Source: Takakia lepidozioides (taxonomy: Eukaryota > Plantae > Bryophyta). Taken from it: DNA of 64,000 bases. Below are positions 24,798 through 39,976 of the stretch, piece by piece. Positions within the stretch are counted from its first letter, which is position 1. Every line of letters starts with the position of its first letter. Both the position numbers and the translations under genes were made by a program. Location: positions 75,702,001 to 75,766,000 of the forward strand of contig CM060733.1 in assembly GCA_030704615.1 (NCBI GenBank). The letters run 5' to 3'. The notes beneath the pieces were generated by a model, which saw only the letters and a program-made list of their open reading frames with translations, was not told the DNA's origin and did not search any database.

Positions 24798-26389
24798 GCC
24801 ACGCCGTAGCACTAGACCCCAAGCCAAATCGGATCAAGAGAAATCGAGGGGAAGCACGTTCGGGACACTAATGCAATAGTGTAGCTTTAAATGAAGGACG
24901 AATCATCACTTAAGGCAAGGGACTAGCCAGAGAGCTGCAGAGGCACGATAACAGGCAGTCATAAAGCAAGCACCATGAAACCCTAAAATCGAAGCAAAGC
25001 TAGAGAGACAGAGGGATAAAATCAAACGCGGGCACAAACGATGAGACTATCCTTCAATCGAACCAAGAAAGAGGGATATTGAACACTATAGCGGCTGCAG
25101 GCTGAAGAAGCTGCACGCAAAGCGAGAACCACTGACAACGAAAGTGAAAACAAAGTGGACGACCGAAAGGGGAGGCCTAAAAGGTAAAACTAAGCAAGAG
25201 ACCAAGGATGAGTAGAGAGACAGTGGGAAAAAAGCAAAAGTGGGCCATGAATCAAGGAAGAGGAGAAATGCACACTACAGCTAAAGCAGACAGAAGAAAC
25301 TGCACACAAAGCGAGAACTACTGACATCGATAGTGAGAACAATGCGGACGACCGTCTGGGGAGGCCTAAAAGGAAAAACTAAAGAAAGAGACCGCAAACG
25401 AACTGAAATGAACCCCAAAAACAATGAGGCAAATCACAAACGACCCTAGGGTGAAAGCAAACTACGGTGGCTAGAAAAAGTCCACTGTGTGGCCTACACA
25501 AGAAGTCCTAAGGTTTTTCAGAGTCTTGATTCGATGATTATGGAAAAATTATAGTCGCTAGATTCATCCATGCTGAAAGATATGAACCATCTAAAGTTGA
25601 CAGTAATAGACACTATGGCATTATTTCTATTTTTCCTAGTACGAGCTATTATTTTTATTTTCTTACTTTATTTCATATATTTTATATTTTCGTTATATCG
25701 CGGGGGCCTGGGGCTATTCTTCATCTACACGAAATGTATATTTTAGTGAAGCAAGTCCATTGTTTTACTTTGTTTCCATGCATTCATGTACTTTGGCAAA
25801 AATCAGTTTTTCGAGGTTCACAATAATATATAGAAATAAGATATTTGTTTTCTATAGTGAGTGCAAAAAGTCCATAAGAAGTCTTTTTATGGACTGTGAC
25901 ACTGCGTATGCAATTTTCTAAAGTCCATTACTTCGACAAATCAACTTCATGTCTTGGTGAGAATTTAAAGATTATAGCTTGTAGTAGTTGGAAACATAAT
26001 AGTGAGTCCCATTTCATCATTGTAATAAAAATTTGTCTCTATACAATTGAATCAAACTATGTCATGTAAAACACTGTTGTGACACAAAAATGTAGACACC
26101 GTAGTCTGCTTTCACCCCCTAAAGAAGCGCGGATTGAACACAACAACAACTATAGATAGTAAAAGCAACACGCACTACGAGAACAACAGTATACTAAGGG
26201 CGCGGCCGACTAGCAAGACGAGACCCAGAGATCGAGAAGCTTCCGAGAAAACTTAAATCCCTAATAAGACCCTCCGTCCGTGTAATGCGGAGCTACATTG
26301 AGCCCCCCCCCACTCCACTCTCAGTCCGTCTATGCATCCGGTACATATTGTGTTTAAAAAAGAATAAGCAGATTCATTCTACTGGGCTA

Positions 26390-28198
26390 TGGTATTATGC
26401 TTCTTTCTGGCACCCAAACTCTAAACAGACACAGGAAATAAGTAGTAAAAGCCCAGCCAAACAGTTTCTACGAAATTAAATGACAACACTTGTTTCTAAA
26501 CAATAACCCCCTCACCTCAGCTCAGAAAAACCAGGCCAAAAGATGGTCCAAATGGAATCAGACAGATTCACAATACATGGTCAGACAACAGTCTCAGATC
26601 TCAGGATTCCATAGCTCAACAAGTAGGCGCTGCACGAGCCCCTAAAAGCCTTCAGGAAATCATTCAATTTGTCCCAATTCAGTGGCTCGCTACCCTTTCC
26701 TCTGGTCCGCCAATGCCAACCCCAAACTCTTGGGCCCTCGTCATCTTTCAAACCCAGCTTACCATTCTTTTCGTAGAAGAGATCACCCTGAGCGACATTT
26801 CAGTCTATACATTATCTATCGACACAATCTCTCTTAGACTCATTCTTACATCTCCAGGCCCTTTACGCATTCAGACAATGACACTGACTCCAGTTAGAAT
26901 CTGCTGCTGGACAGCACCAGACAAAGCAATGAATCCACAGCCTCCCCTCACTATCACCACGAGAGCCTGGCTCGCAACCAACTCCTTTGTGTGGATTCTC
27001 GGAAGGCCCTTTGCAGAAATGGAGATTGATCCCCTAGAATGGTCATGGAAATTCAGCAACGAACCAGAGCCCTTCTTTGCATGTACAACTAAAAAAAAGC
27101 CTACAAAACTATCTGGGGTTCAGTCTGGATTAAAACACGTCCATAAAAAATTGCAGCTTCCTCTGGCAGGTCATTAATAGGGTTCTAAAAGTTGGAGAAT
27201 GGCTTCAGTTTCAGGGAGCTATTATGTGTGCTTGCTGCTCTACTGCTGTCTTGGAAACTTTGGAACACTGTCTCTTTCTATGTCAAGCTCCAGCTAAGAT
27301 CTGGCCCTATGTTAAATCATTCTACAGATGTTGGAATCATAGAGCCTTCTCTGATACAGACCTTTTGCTAATCTATGATCCAATCTCCAAGAATAGAGGC
27401 CTCAACTGCCCGGTGTTTGAAACCCTCAGGGCATCTGTAATGTGGCACCTCTGGAAACTACGATGCAAAAATACATTTAGTGGCCAAACCACAACGATAT
27501 CTTCCCTCCTTACCTCGGTCTTTCTTGCAAACTGAGGCCAGGAAGGCCTGGGCCAAACTCTGTGCAGACATTCAACGAGACTCCACGAATGCAACAGCGA
27601 TCCACAGGAACTTTCAGCACACCTGGGCCAAATAGGGCCTCATATGCAGCAGTCCTGTGCAAGACCAATGCAACTGGAACGAGCTCCCCCACAGGATTGG
27701 CGAGATCTCCGTGCACCACTCCACTCTTTCCCCCGAGTTTGAAAGGGAGGTCAACTGGAAGCATCAAAAACCCTCCATGACAGCTTCTAAACTACTCTAT
27801 AGATAGACAATTCGCTCTGCTCTATTCAGGCCAATGCCTCATTTAAGTCCATCACGAAACCTCCTTGGAGCATCTTCGATGGTCTTCAGAAGCAAAGCAA
27901 CAAATAGGTTAAGCGTATGTTACGTTTCATGTCTTGGGCAGTGTGCCCTGTTTTTTGGTCTCCTGGACTTTATCTCCGTGAGGAGTTGTCTGGCTCGTCG
28001 ATTAGTGATCGCAGTGCACTACTTTTAGTTTTTAGTAGGGGATCGGTCTTTTGTCTTTTGGACTCGATCTCCATCAGGAGATGGTTGGATCTTGATACAC
28101 TGAATACGGTGGGTGTGCCTTATGGCGTAAATGGGGTTTCAATTTTTTTCCCTTCAAATAACTTTTTCAATAAAATACAATCCCCCTGTTCCTTAAAA

Positions 28199-28229
<31 letters not shown>

Positions 28230-28231
28230 AT
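26390..28231 (+). mobile_element. L1-like LINE 3' fragment
   Basis: zf-RVT-like CACCSTAVLETLEHCLFLC..IW..MWHLWKLRC, followed by a 3' UTR with AATAAA and an (AAAT)n tail at ~28196-28231. The 5' boundary is approximate. Confidence 0.75.
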
Positions 28232-28336
28232 ATTGGTGAGCCCCGGCACGGGCTGGGCGGCGGATTGCTGCTCTCGTGCCCCGCGAGCTTGTTCATTGTG
28301 AATCGTGAGTGCGGGAGGGTGAGGTGGTGCAGGACG

Positions 28337-31300
28337 ATGGCGATGGCGGGTGAGGCTGCCCGATCCGCTTCCCGTCTTCTTCTATCTTTTCTTCGGAGCT
28401 CGCCTAGCCAGATTGGTGCTGGTAATGGAACTATCCAGCGTTTTGGGTGAATTGGCTGTGGGATGAGTAGCAGAGACGGGTTCGTGGTAGGGCAGATTCA
28501 TTCTGAGATAAGAGACATAGATGTTTCATTTCCTTTGAATATAGTTAATCACTGATCCGTTGTAGGGTAAAGTTCCCATTTGTTGCGAGATGTCACCTCT
28601 TGCAAATGGGACGTCCGCAGGTTTCTACCCTATCATCCAGATCTGACTTAAGAAACATAGCTGTTTCATTCCGACTTTATCGAGGTAGTGAAAGGTCCTT
28701 AGACGGTCGGGAGGTTGTCTGTTGCGACAAATTATTCCGTGCAAGACGAGTCTTCCCTACTTTAGAACTACTCTAGATTACAAGTTCTCATTCTGTACGG
28801 ACGGAAAGAGATAGATGATGTGATCATCAGACATGAATGCAGTATGCTTCGCTTGCCCTTGGCTTGTCGCCTTAGACCCAGGGTGTGGGGCTTTTAAACT
28901 CTTAGAGAGAAAAGGCCCTCCACTTTGTGGGGGGATTGCGAGGAAATGAAAAGGTTTTCGGGCAATGACATGCCTCGGCTCACCACCTCAGACAACTGCG
29001 CCAGCCTCAGCCTGGTGAGCCGATTGTGTGGTCATCCAATGTCTCTACTTCTAAAACTAGACTGCAGTGTGCTATGCAAATTAGTGTAGTACGGATGCAC
29101 TCCATCCTTCACCTATCTGGGAGACAGACTGGTCCTCCAATCCATTTGGAACCTGATGTGCTGTTCGATGATGAGAACTGTCCAGTACATGACATAAGCA
29201 TTCACTTATGGCATCTCAGCATATCTGTCAAGCTGGAAGTTGGGCAGTTAACCCTCAATGTAAGCCCTTAACTGTAGGATCCTCTAGTGGAAGCTGATTT
29301 GGGGTTCAACAGGAGCCCCACACCTGCCCACAAGCAGGTTCTCTTGATCCCTTCAAACTAATTACATGGGGTTGCAAAGTTCTCAACTTGAAAGACAAGA
29401 TCTGTTACTCTGCCACCTTCGTGAAATGCTCCAGCCATGGTTATCTATTTTTGTTCCATCCACGCATGGCAAACCATTGACTAGCATTACTTGACTGCTG
29501 TTTACTTTGTCGATTTTTCTTCATAGAAATTTACAGTGAACTTCCCCAGGCCGCTGCCAATAAGTGTCTCAAACATCCACACTATCTGTATTGTATATGA
29601 GTGTGGTTAGGATCAATCACCACTGTACGGGTAATTATGGCAGAAACTATTGCTCAGTCATGGCTTTTATGGGATATACTGTGGCAACACCCAATGAAAG
29701 GACAGTTCTGACTTCTCGCTCGGAAGTTTGTTACCGTCTTTCTTATGCGTCTGGGTACATTGGTTCTGTCAACTAGATCACAGTTTTTACAAACTATTCT
29801 GTTGATGAATCCAGGTAAATCATTGACTGCCAATGTAATGGTCAGTAGTTTAACAAAATGCTGTTGTAGAATGTTGTTCTCAAACATTCTTTGAACTGAA
29901 AGACAGCAGCACATATGCTGACGTGGTAGTTTGCCACATGCTGAATTAGTTGTCACATGATTCACAACTACTTTTTTGTTCCAGGCCAAGTGGAAAATTC
30001 CAAATTATATATCACTGACCCTCATCATGGATAATTGTTCTGCTTGGATATTATATCCATTGCTGTTTGATCTCCTCTTGAAAGCTATCATGGTGATTCT
30101 ATTAGGCTTTTAGCAAATGGAGTTGTCAGGGAAGCCTTATGAATGGACTGAAGGAAACGTTTATTGAGGGTGACTAAAGTTGCATGGAGATGAGCTGAAT
30201 ATTGAATGCTTGTGTGGTGCTTGGGCATGTAGTTCTGCATTCATGTCTCAAGTAAAAATTTGTAAACAGTGCAGCTTCTTGGTCGCTTGATCAGCTTTGG
30301 AAGTTACTTTCTACTAAGGATGATTACGCTGTTGGGATTGGGATCTAAACGGGAACATTGATGATATATACTGATGATCAAATTCGTAATTTAAGACAGC
30401 TACCCCTAGGTTAAATTGAAAACTCCACTAGTGTGGAAATTCGGATGAAGTTCCAGCTGACAAAGTGAACAGCTGTTTCTTTCCATGGATAGAGTTAAGA
30501 TGTATCTTCAAGTCGCTGGGACTTCTAAACAGGATGGCCACCCTCCCTAGTGAGGATTGGCCTTGGACCTAGATCACTTACATCACCTGGATTTCTTCAC
30601 AGTGAGAGGGTCAGCTATCTGGTTCGTGGTCTTCTTAACTTGGGAGCAATTTCCGTTAGGCTACACAAGAAGGTTCTTTGGACCCCTGTGTTCGACGGAA
30701 CCCTGGTTATCATAAGCTTTTATTCCTTTGGACCTACCTGTTGGTGCTTCTCCTTGCCTCTCAGCTAATGATCGCAGAGGTCTCCTCTGGTCAGGAATAT
30801 GACCTGCTCTTCAAATTTTTGTAGGCTGGATAGGTAGATTCCTTTGACCAGAACATTGAGCCAGTGTGGTATCCGACTTCTAACCTACTGACAGTCGGTG
30901 TCATTGTAACCTCTGTGTTGTTTAAATCTGTACCGAATTTCCAGGAAAGTGTCAATGATCTTTATTCAAGAAGTTCGGTTTAGTTAGGTGGTTGGGTAGC
31001 CTTTGTACAGCTGGAGTGGTTGGAAGAGTTTTCCTAGGTACTTTTCTTTCTCCCATTTCAGTAAACGATGGCCTGTAAGGTAGACATGTGCAGAAACAAA
31101 GAAAAGATGAAGACTCCAAGCTCAGAGTCAGAACAGTCTCCAAATCTGATCTTGCAACGAACATCCAAGTATTATTGTAGTTTCCTCTACTGACTGTCAT
31201 GAGGCAAACGCGGGCTCTTTAACTGAGGGGTCATCAGCTAAAAGTGTGAATGCAGGACTGACATGCAGAACTTGCTCTTGAGAACACCCAACCCTTGTAT

Positions 31301-31607
31301 AATAGACAATTTGCTATAGTTGCTCAAGTTCTAGTGTCAAGTGTTAACAGTCCTGATAGTTTTGGCTTATATTCATGAAACCAAACAAGAACTTCTTGTT
31401 ACTGCAGGAACACGCCAGTTCCATGTGACAGGACCAAAGCGCTACAGTGATGACTATATTCATGCAGACCACATGTATAACATCCCCACGATGAAGCACC
31501 GCAAGCTGAAAATGTTTGTGGGTACTTTCGGTGCCTTGGCAATTGGGACAATGGGACCTATCTGGGCTGTTCAGTATCAGATGAACAAGCAAGGAGGGGG
31601 ATTATGA
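28337..31607 (+). CDS. Small mitochondrial membrane protein, cytochrome c oxidase subunit 7c-like (At1g72020-type), 94 aa
   Basis: Exons 28337-28421 and 31408-31607 join in phase (GT-AG). Arg/Ser-rich presequence, then RQFHVTGPKR..YIHADHMYNI..MKHRKLKM, one transmembrane helix and WAVQYQMNK. Confidence 0.8.
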
Positions 31608-32942
31608 TGTGAATCTATCAATAGTGATGATCATTTCTGACTTCAAAATGGGATTGGTGTGATGTATTGCAAGGCTACGCAAAGTAGTACGAAATGTTGG
31701 TACTGTAAAGTTGCATCTGAAGTCCAGTACTCTTGGGTTCTTTTGTCATGGGAGATGCTGGTGGTAGGTACCAGATGTGGAATAATGGGTTTTCCCATGC
31801 GGACTTTTGTTGGCTAGACAGTATAGTGTCCTGAACCTCAGTAAGGAGGGTTCGTGACACATTTTACCAAGTTCAGGCTCAACATTAGTGTTTCGGCTTT
31901 GTGAGTTTTTGTTTAAGATTTTGTCACCGCCCTTCTGAGTTTGATTTACCGCCATATGTATATAGGCTAATGGGTGTTTGTAAGGCTGGTTGTGAAATCC
32001 CCTCTCAGAATTCATATTCTGCTTATGGACATCATTCATCGCCGTGCCCACCAGGGTCATCAGCTGATTTGCTCAGAATAGGTCCAGTGTAGAACACAGA
32101 AAGAGCCTGTCATTTTTCACATACAACAACACCAATGTTGAAAGCCACCTCCTCACTGTGTCTTCCCAGAAACGTGAAATGCCCCTGATTTGGTTTGCGT
32201 TCTCTTTTTTCTCAGAGCAACCTTGCAAAGAACTGTATCTCGCGGGGTGGATCCCTTCAATGGTTTGTCAAAGCCAAGCAATTAGTATACAACAGCTGGG
32301 AAGAAACAGAAACAGGGTTTGTTTGTGATACAGAGACTAAACTGGGGCCTGAAGCCCATTAATCTTTCCGAGAGCTAATGCAAGGATCAATGCTCTAACA
32401 ACATTGTCGACCCACGATTTGAACCCAAGACTAACACAGCATGAGATCCTGGGATCGAAGCCTGAATCCCACCTCTTCTAGTTTAATTTTAGACTACGAA
32501 AGGAATTTAATAACGGTCACGGCTCGTCGGAATGTTCCAACTTCCAGCGCATGGAAACTACAATGCGAGAGGGGCCATTTGAATTCAAATTTAGGATGGA
32601 CGGTGGAGATATAAGCATGCGAGGAGATCGGGGGCGGATAAGGCGCTGAAAAGAGTAGCTGTTGGGCGTGGAAGGTGAGTGGTATAAGAGGTGGGTGGGT
32701 GGGTGTGTGGGGGTGTAGAGTTTGCTGTTCATCTCGTCTAGAGCTGCCCAATGCTGCTTCTGTGAGTACTTTGCACTCTGTGGCCGTCTTGTGGGTTATG
32801 CCTCTTTCTCAAGTTTCACAATAGTCGCTAGGGAATTCCTGCAATTCTCAGAGGAGTGGCGATTTGGAGAGACTTGTACAAGGTTGTAGTGCTAAACAGA
32901 TTGGGCTGGGGTTGTACTGGGAAGTTTCAGAAGCACGGAGAC

Positions 32943-34578
<1,636 letters not shown>

Positions 34579-35477
34579 CTTCTTCAAGTAATCGTTCTTT
34601 GAAAGAGCAGCAGTAACTGAACTCAGCAAGTTGCGAGCTCGTTCTTTCATAGCAACAGCAGAACTGTACGTGTACATTTAGCAGCTCTCATGTATTTATA
34701 TGTCCCCGCTCTGCAACGTCAATACTGTACAGTAGACTTTTCAGGGAGAGACGTTGAGGGACTGAACCTCATGTACGTGGAAGATGTGGTACTCGGCTCT
34801 GTGCATAGGCAGTTATTTATGATTGGTGAGAAACCCGGAAGGGATGGACCGGTGGCTCAAAGGCACTAGCTATGCAAGTTGTGAGAAACCAGAGTTACTG
34901 TCATTTGTAATATGAACTACCCAAATCGTTTTTGGCTCGCTGTATCTCATTGATTCTTTGGTACATCTCTCCCTGTATGTTTGCATGATCTCCTTTGCAT
35001 AGCTCCCTGCTCAGTTTGAGTCTCTCCGAATGATTGGTATATCTCTGCATGTTTGTAATGTATGTTGTCCCTGCATGTTACACTGCTACTCAATTGTGGT
35101 TTCTAGCCTCTCACTTTCTGGAAAGCTGGGTGAGCATTGTATCCTTCTCTTGGGACAGTAGACTAGTCCTTCAGTGTGTTGAATCAATTGCATGGCCTGT
35201 TAAACCACCACACTGCTCACTAATTTACATCATGCAGCGCCCTCATTCTGGCCCAGCCCTCTTGGGCCTCTTAGCCCTCTTGGCCCTCTGGCCTTGAAAA
35301 GGTACGGAGAAAACTGTTCATACTTACATCTTTACATCTCACCCTCCAAAGGGGCGGAGGGCCCTTCACTAACAAGGGTGAGCCGTCGTTCGTTGGATGG
35401 GGATTGTCCACCGTGGGGCGGGCTGCAGACCTCGCCACCGCCATAGCTCATCTTCTCTCGGCAGCTCAGCGCTAGCA

Positions 35478-38400
35478 ATGGCGTTGCTGGATCGTCCCGG
35501 CACCGGTTTCTGCTTACCTTCTTCACTCGTGTTCTCCAGGTCTCCTTTTCTTTCCCTGCTTTGGAAATTTGAAGTGTGGTTGATTGTGTGAGTCCCTCTC
35601 TTTAGCTCGTTATGTGCATTTCATGTACTTACTTATTCAGCTCCTCATTTGTCCACTCTCACGATTTTTGCGCATTTTCATGTGTTTCTGGTTCCCTCGT
35701 TCCTTTAAAAAAAATTGATGGCCACTGCAATGCATTTCTCTGCTGCTTGCTTCGTAACTTGGGCTGCAATCACATTGCCATTCGTTTGATTCAAAAGCTT
35801 CAGAGGGGTTGGGGGCTGGGGTCTATGTGCGTTGCAGTCCACAGAACCGTACAAATTCACAAGGGAGCATACGGTGGGTAAAGGTCCATAGCGGGCCCAC
35901 AAGAGCTCGTTGCCATGGCGGTGATGGGATTGACTGGGAAGCAGTGGATAAAACAGAGCCTGAGATGAAAAAGAAGATTTTTTCAGTGATGCTCAACCTG
36001 TCCACAATCTCACGCCGCAACATGGTTGTGAGTGGACTGTTTACAGGGCTCACCCTCCCCTCGTTGTTCCCCATCCAGTCTGCATCAGCTGAGCTTTCTG
36101 GTAATTCCATTTATGTCAATGTATCCTCGATCACTCACTCGCATGCTGGATGATCATTTCATCTCCTTGGATTACAGTTCGGAATGAACAAACAAGCATT
36201 CAAATTCAAAAGAGGGTCCTAGCCTCTTTGTGTGTCTGAGATAAACCAAGGGAGGCAGGGCTGGGGAATTTTTTTGCATGGCAATAATCTATAGGCTCAG
36301 CTAAAACCAACGTGTGGAAACATCCACCATCTTATTTCTGAAGGGCAACCAGCACTGATTAGTTGATGAGCACATTTTTTAGCAAGGTGGAACCATGGAA
36401 TAGCATTGTAGAAGCAAGGGGGAGTTTAGCATAAATGGGATTTACCAGATTATTCACAGTTACACCTAATTGGCGTCTCACATTTTGTAGGAGCTGGTCA
36501 GGCACCATTGACAGAAAATATACAGACAGCTGCGCAAGTTGACGAAATCAATGCCTATGCCTATTCCTACCCTGTGATAGTGGGCAAGCGACCAACTAAA
36601 CTATCGTGGTAAGATTGGCAACCTTCAGGAGAATGATTGTGCAATGCTCTAAGGATTTGTCCGTTTCTCTCACACGTCTGAGCCACTAATGTCAAGGCGA
36701 GGGTCATAGTGGCTGTGATCAAAGAATAGTATGCCTAGAGTCATTGTCTACCTGTTGATTCAGTGTATGCATGCTAATTATGCTTGTAAAAGTGAAGATT
36801 GTACTTTAGGATGTCAACATAAGTTTGATTGTTTGCCATCATGGGTTGAGACACTTGATTTATGTTAAGATTTCTAGCAGGGGCAGGTGCAAACAGACAG
36901 TTCTTTTTCATCAGATTCCCCTTCTCTGTATATTGTGTTTTTGGATTGGATTCCTAAGAAGTGAGCGACTAGCATCTGCAGAATACTGACACTGCTGTGT
37001 TTGTGACTTTGTTGCAGGGTTGAATCCAGAAAACCAGAACGCTACTCGTCAGCAGCACCTCTTGCACGTGAGCCTTTTCCCTTGCCGGGAACCATCTTTT
37101 ATGAAAACTCTTAAGTTGACGGTACTGTTCTAAACAGACATCATTCCCAGGGTTAATCCGAAGTACATGAGGATGCTTGTGACTTGTAAGGCTCTTTATA
37201 AAACTCGTAGAGTGCTACTCAATCATACTCCAAATGTCTAGTAATACCAGGGCAAGTCATTGTACTTGCTGTCGAACATTTTTCAATCAGTTATCTGCTC
37301 TTCAGGTTTTATGAGTACTTCTCATTGATACATTCGGCTCATATTTTGGTGTTTTGTGGCAGCGGATGCTCGACAACGTATTGTTTCTGAGCGCCTTGAC
37401 CTAAAAAACAATGTGGTTCTTTCTGTCTCGGTGAGAAGTCCCCCCACAACCCTTGGTTTCTGTTGGTGTAGCTGTGTGAGGGTTACAGCCATTGTATAGA
37501 AGGCATTTCTCAACCAGTAAGGGTTATGTGCAGCATGTATACTGGTGAACGGTTATTTTGTAAACCTCTCCACTTAACACCTCAGGAAAGCCTAGAAAAG
37601 CCCCAGCTCTCCTCTTCCTCTCTTCCCAAAGTATTGGGCTTGGGCATGGCAGGTTGGGCCTCCCAATAGTGCGTTTTTGAAGACAAAGGATACCAGCTCT
37701 GCATGTTGCCCGTTCCGGATCTACAGCGGTTAGCATTTTCCCCGGACTCTGTCTGAACACTCCTTTCCATGTCTGTGATTAAGTGTAAGCTGAAACATGT
37801 CTCAACTATGGCATGTGGTGGATCCTCCTTTCACATTAAGTGACCTATTAGTATAAGGTTCAGGACAAAGATTGGATGCATGATCAATATGTTTTGGTTG
37901 CAGCGCATGACCACTGGTCAGAGAGTGGCCGAGATCTCTATCGTGGCTGCTTTTAAGGAGGAGGTGCTCTCTCTCTCTCTATGGCTGGGCCTCCCATCAA
38001 CATCATAAATTTCTGTGTGTGTTCTGCCATTTATGGTCACAAGGCTATGGTATCTCTGTGCGGCCACAACCTTTGAACTAAAGAATTTGACAGGAAATAT
38101 ATGCTTAAAATGTGACTTTGAAAACCCCTTAGAGGAATCCTCATGGAAAGATCGTTGATGTACACAATCAACAGCGGGCAGGATGATCTGTTAAACCCCA
38201 TGTGAGGTCACAGGGGAAGGTAGTTGATGGGGACAAATATAAACTGGTGGTATCTCTTTTCGTTGGAGTAGATGTAGAAGGTTTGAAATGGTCCACAAAT
38301 CGTTGGGTTTTGGCAGTGCCATTAATCTGGTGAAGCAATTTATCGTACATCAGCCTCACTACATCTAGGAAACAGACTCTGCAGAGGAAGAGGATCATGC

Positions 38401-39976
38401 ATTTAGAAAGTACAGTTTAATGGAACATTGCAGGTGGATGGAATACTGTATTGGCATTACGAGTACCTTGTACAAAAGTCCCCCACCATCTCTGTAAGTA
38501 TCACTTTGACATTCCATAACAGTTTGTGTGAAATCTATGCAGTACTCCTAGGAAAGTTTGTTAGTTATCAAATTCCTAGATCATACGTATTTTGAATTAC
38601 CATTGGTCTTGACTGGATTGTGTGGCACATGGTGTGCGGCAGCAACAAGGGCTAGATGTGTTTCGACATTCATTGGCAGTGACAGCTGAAAGAGAAGGTC
38701 AGCCATGCTTTCCAAAATATGTCATTTTTCCCTATGTACTCCTTTGCATCCTTATCCTGTAATTCATAACCACCTGAATACCAGTATATATTCTTCAATA
38801 CTTCCACTCTCCATCATCACCGTTGCCTGAGACCAGCGTGAATCTCAATCTTGAGGATGTGGGAGGGTTCCATAAATCTCCCACTGTGCTAGAGGATCTT
38901 CCCCTGGTTCACAAGGATGCAAGGCTTCAGTGCCTGTGTTATGCTTTACCATGCACATCTGAGTGAATTTGATCATAATTGCACATTACTACATGCATTG
39001 CCATGGGCATTCCAGCAATTAGTCCAGGATAAGGTTGTCCTCCAGTTCTAATTGGTGAGCGGGCTTCGATGTCTTATCGTTGTGCATTGGTGGTCCCTGT
39101 TGGGAAAGCCACGGCTACCTTTGTTCCACGAGTTCGATCCACCTTGGTTTGATACTTAGCATGAGATAGCTAGACACATAACATAGTGAGGTGAGAGACA
39201 TTGTGTACTCTCACCAATAATGAAGTAGGGCCACAATTTGATGTTGACAACTTTTAACAATGTCAACTTAACACTTGACAATGGGTTTTACTATCTCTAA
39301 GCAGGTGTTGGTATATGGGCGCAGGATATCTTTATTCATTGAATGCCTCTACGTTGGATTCCAGATGGACGGTGGTGTGTTCAAACCCCTACCCTGTGCA
39401 CGTTTTCTGATTGTTGTTGATGGTTAGGTGGCTAGGTATCCGCTTCTTCGTTGGTGCAGAGTAAGGAGGGTTGTACATGTAGTTCACCCTCTCTATCGAT
39501 CTGTTCGAAACTTCTTCCGCAGTGAAGAGGTGGCTTGTGGTAATCTGGAAGCCTAGTTGACATCAAGCTGGTCCAGCTATTGTTACGTCATACTGATATT
39601 TGGCCCTCTCCCTGGCCTTTCCCGGGCAAACCTTTTCTGCTGTGTCTTAACTCTGTGGCCACATGGCTACCGCAACCATCGTCATGTCTCTTTTACTCTT
39701 TGCCCTGATACTTACCAACATGGCATTATAAGGACTGTCAGGTATATTGTCAAGCTTAGAATGGCATTGACCAGCTCTAGTGCTCATCGTGTTTCAGACC
39801 TAGGGTATGATATAAATAGAACATGTAGCATTTGTGTGTGCATGCTCCTCAAGTGGTTGTGGTTGTGTCCTATGCAGATGGAGCCTCTATTTAGGACGGC
39901 AGTTTCTTCCTTTCATTTGCTCCCACCCACCCCAGAGTATGTTCCTCCTTACAAAGATCCATGGCGCTTCTGGTAG
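35478..39976 (+). CDS. PPD8: PsbP-domain thylakoid lumen protein, PPD8-like; exon 6 appears frameshifted
   Basis: Exons 35478-35539, 35838-36100, 36491-36608, 37018-37067, 37363-37430, 37653-37728, 37904-37963, 38434-38493, 38643-38697, 39325-39374, 39878-39976. Twin-arginine signal SRR..ASA, WVESRKPERYSSAAPL, and C-terminal YVPPYKDPWRFW. Confidence 0.85.
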
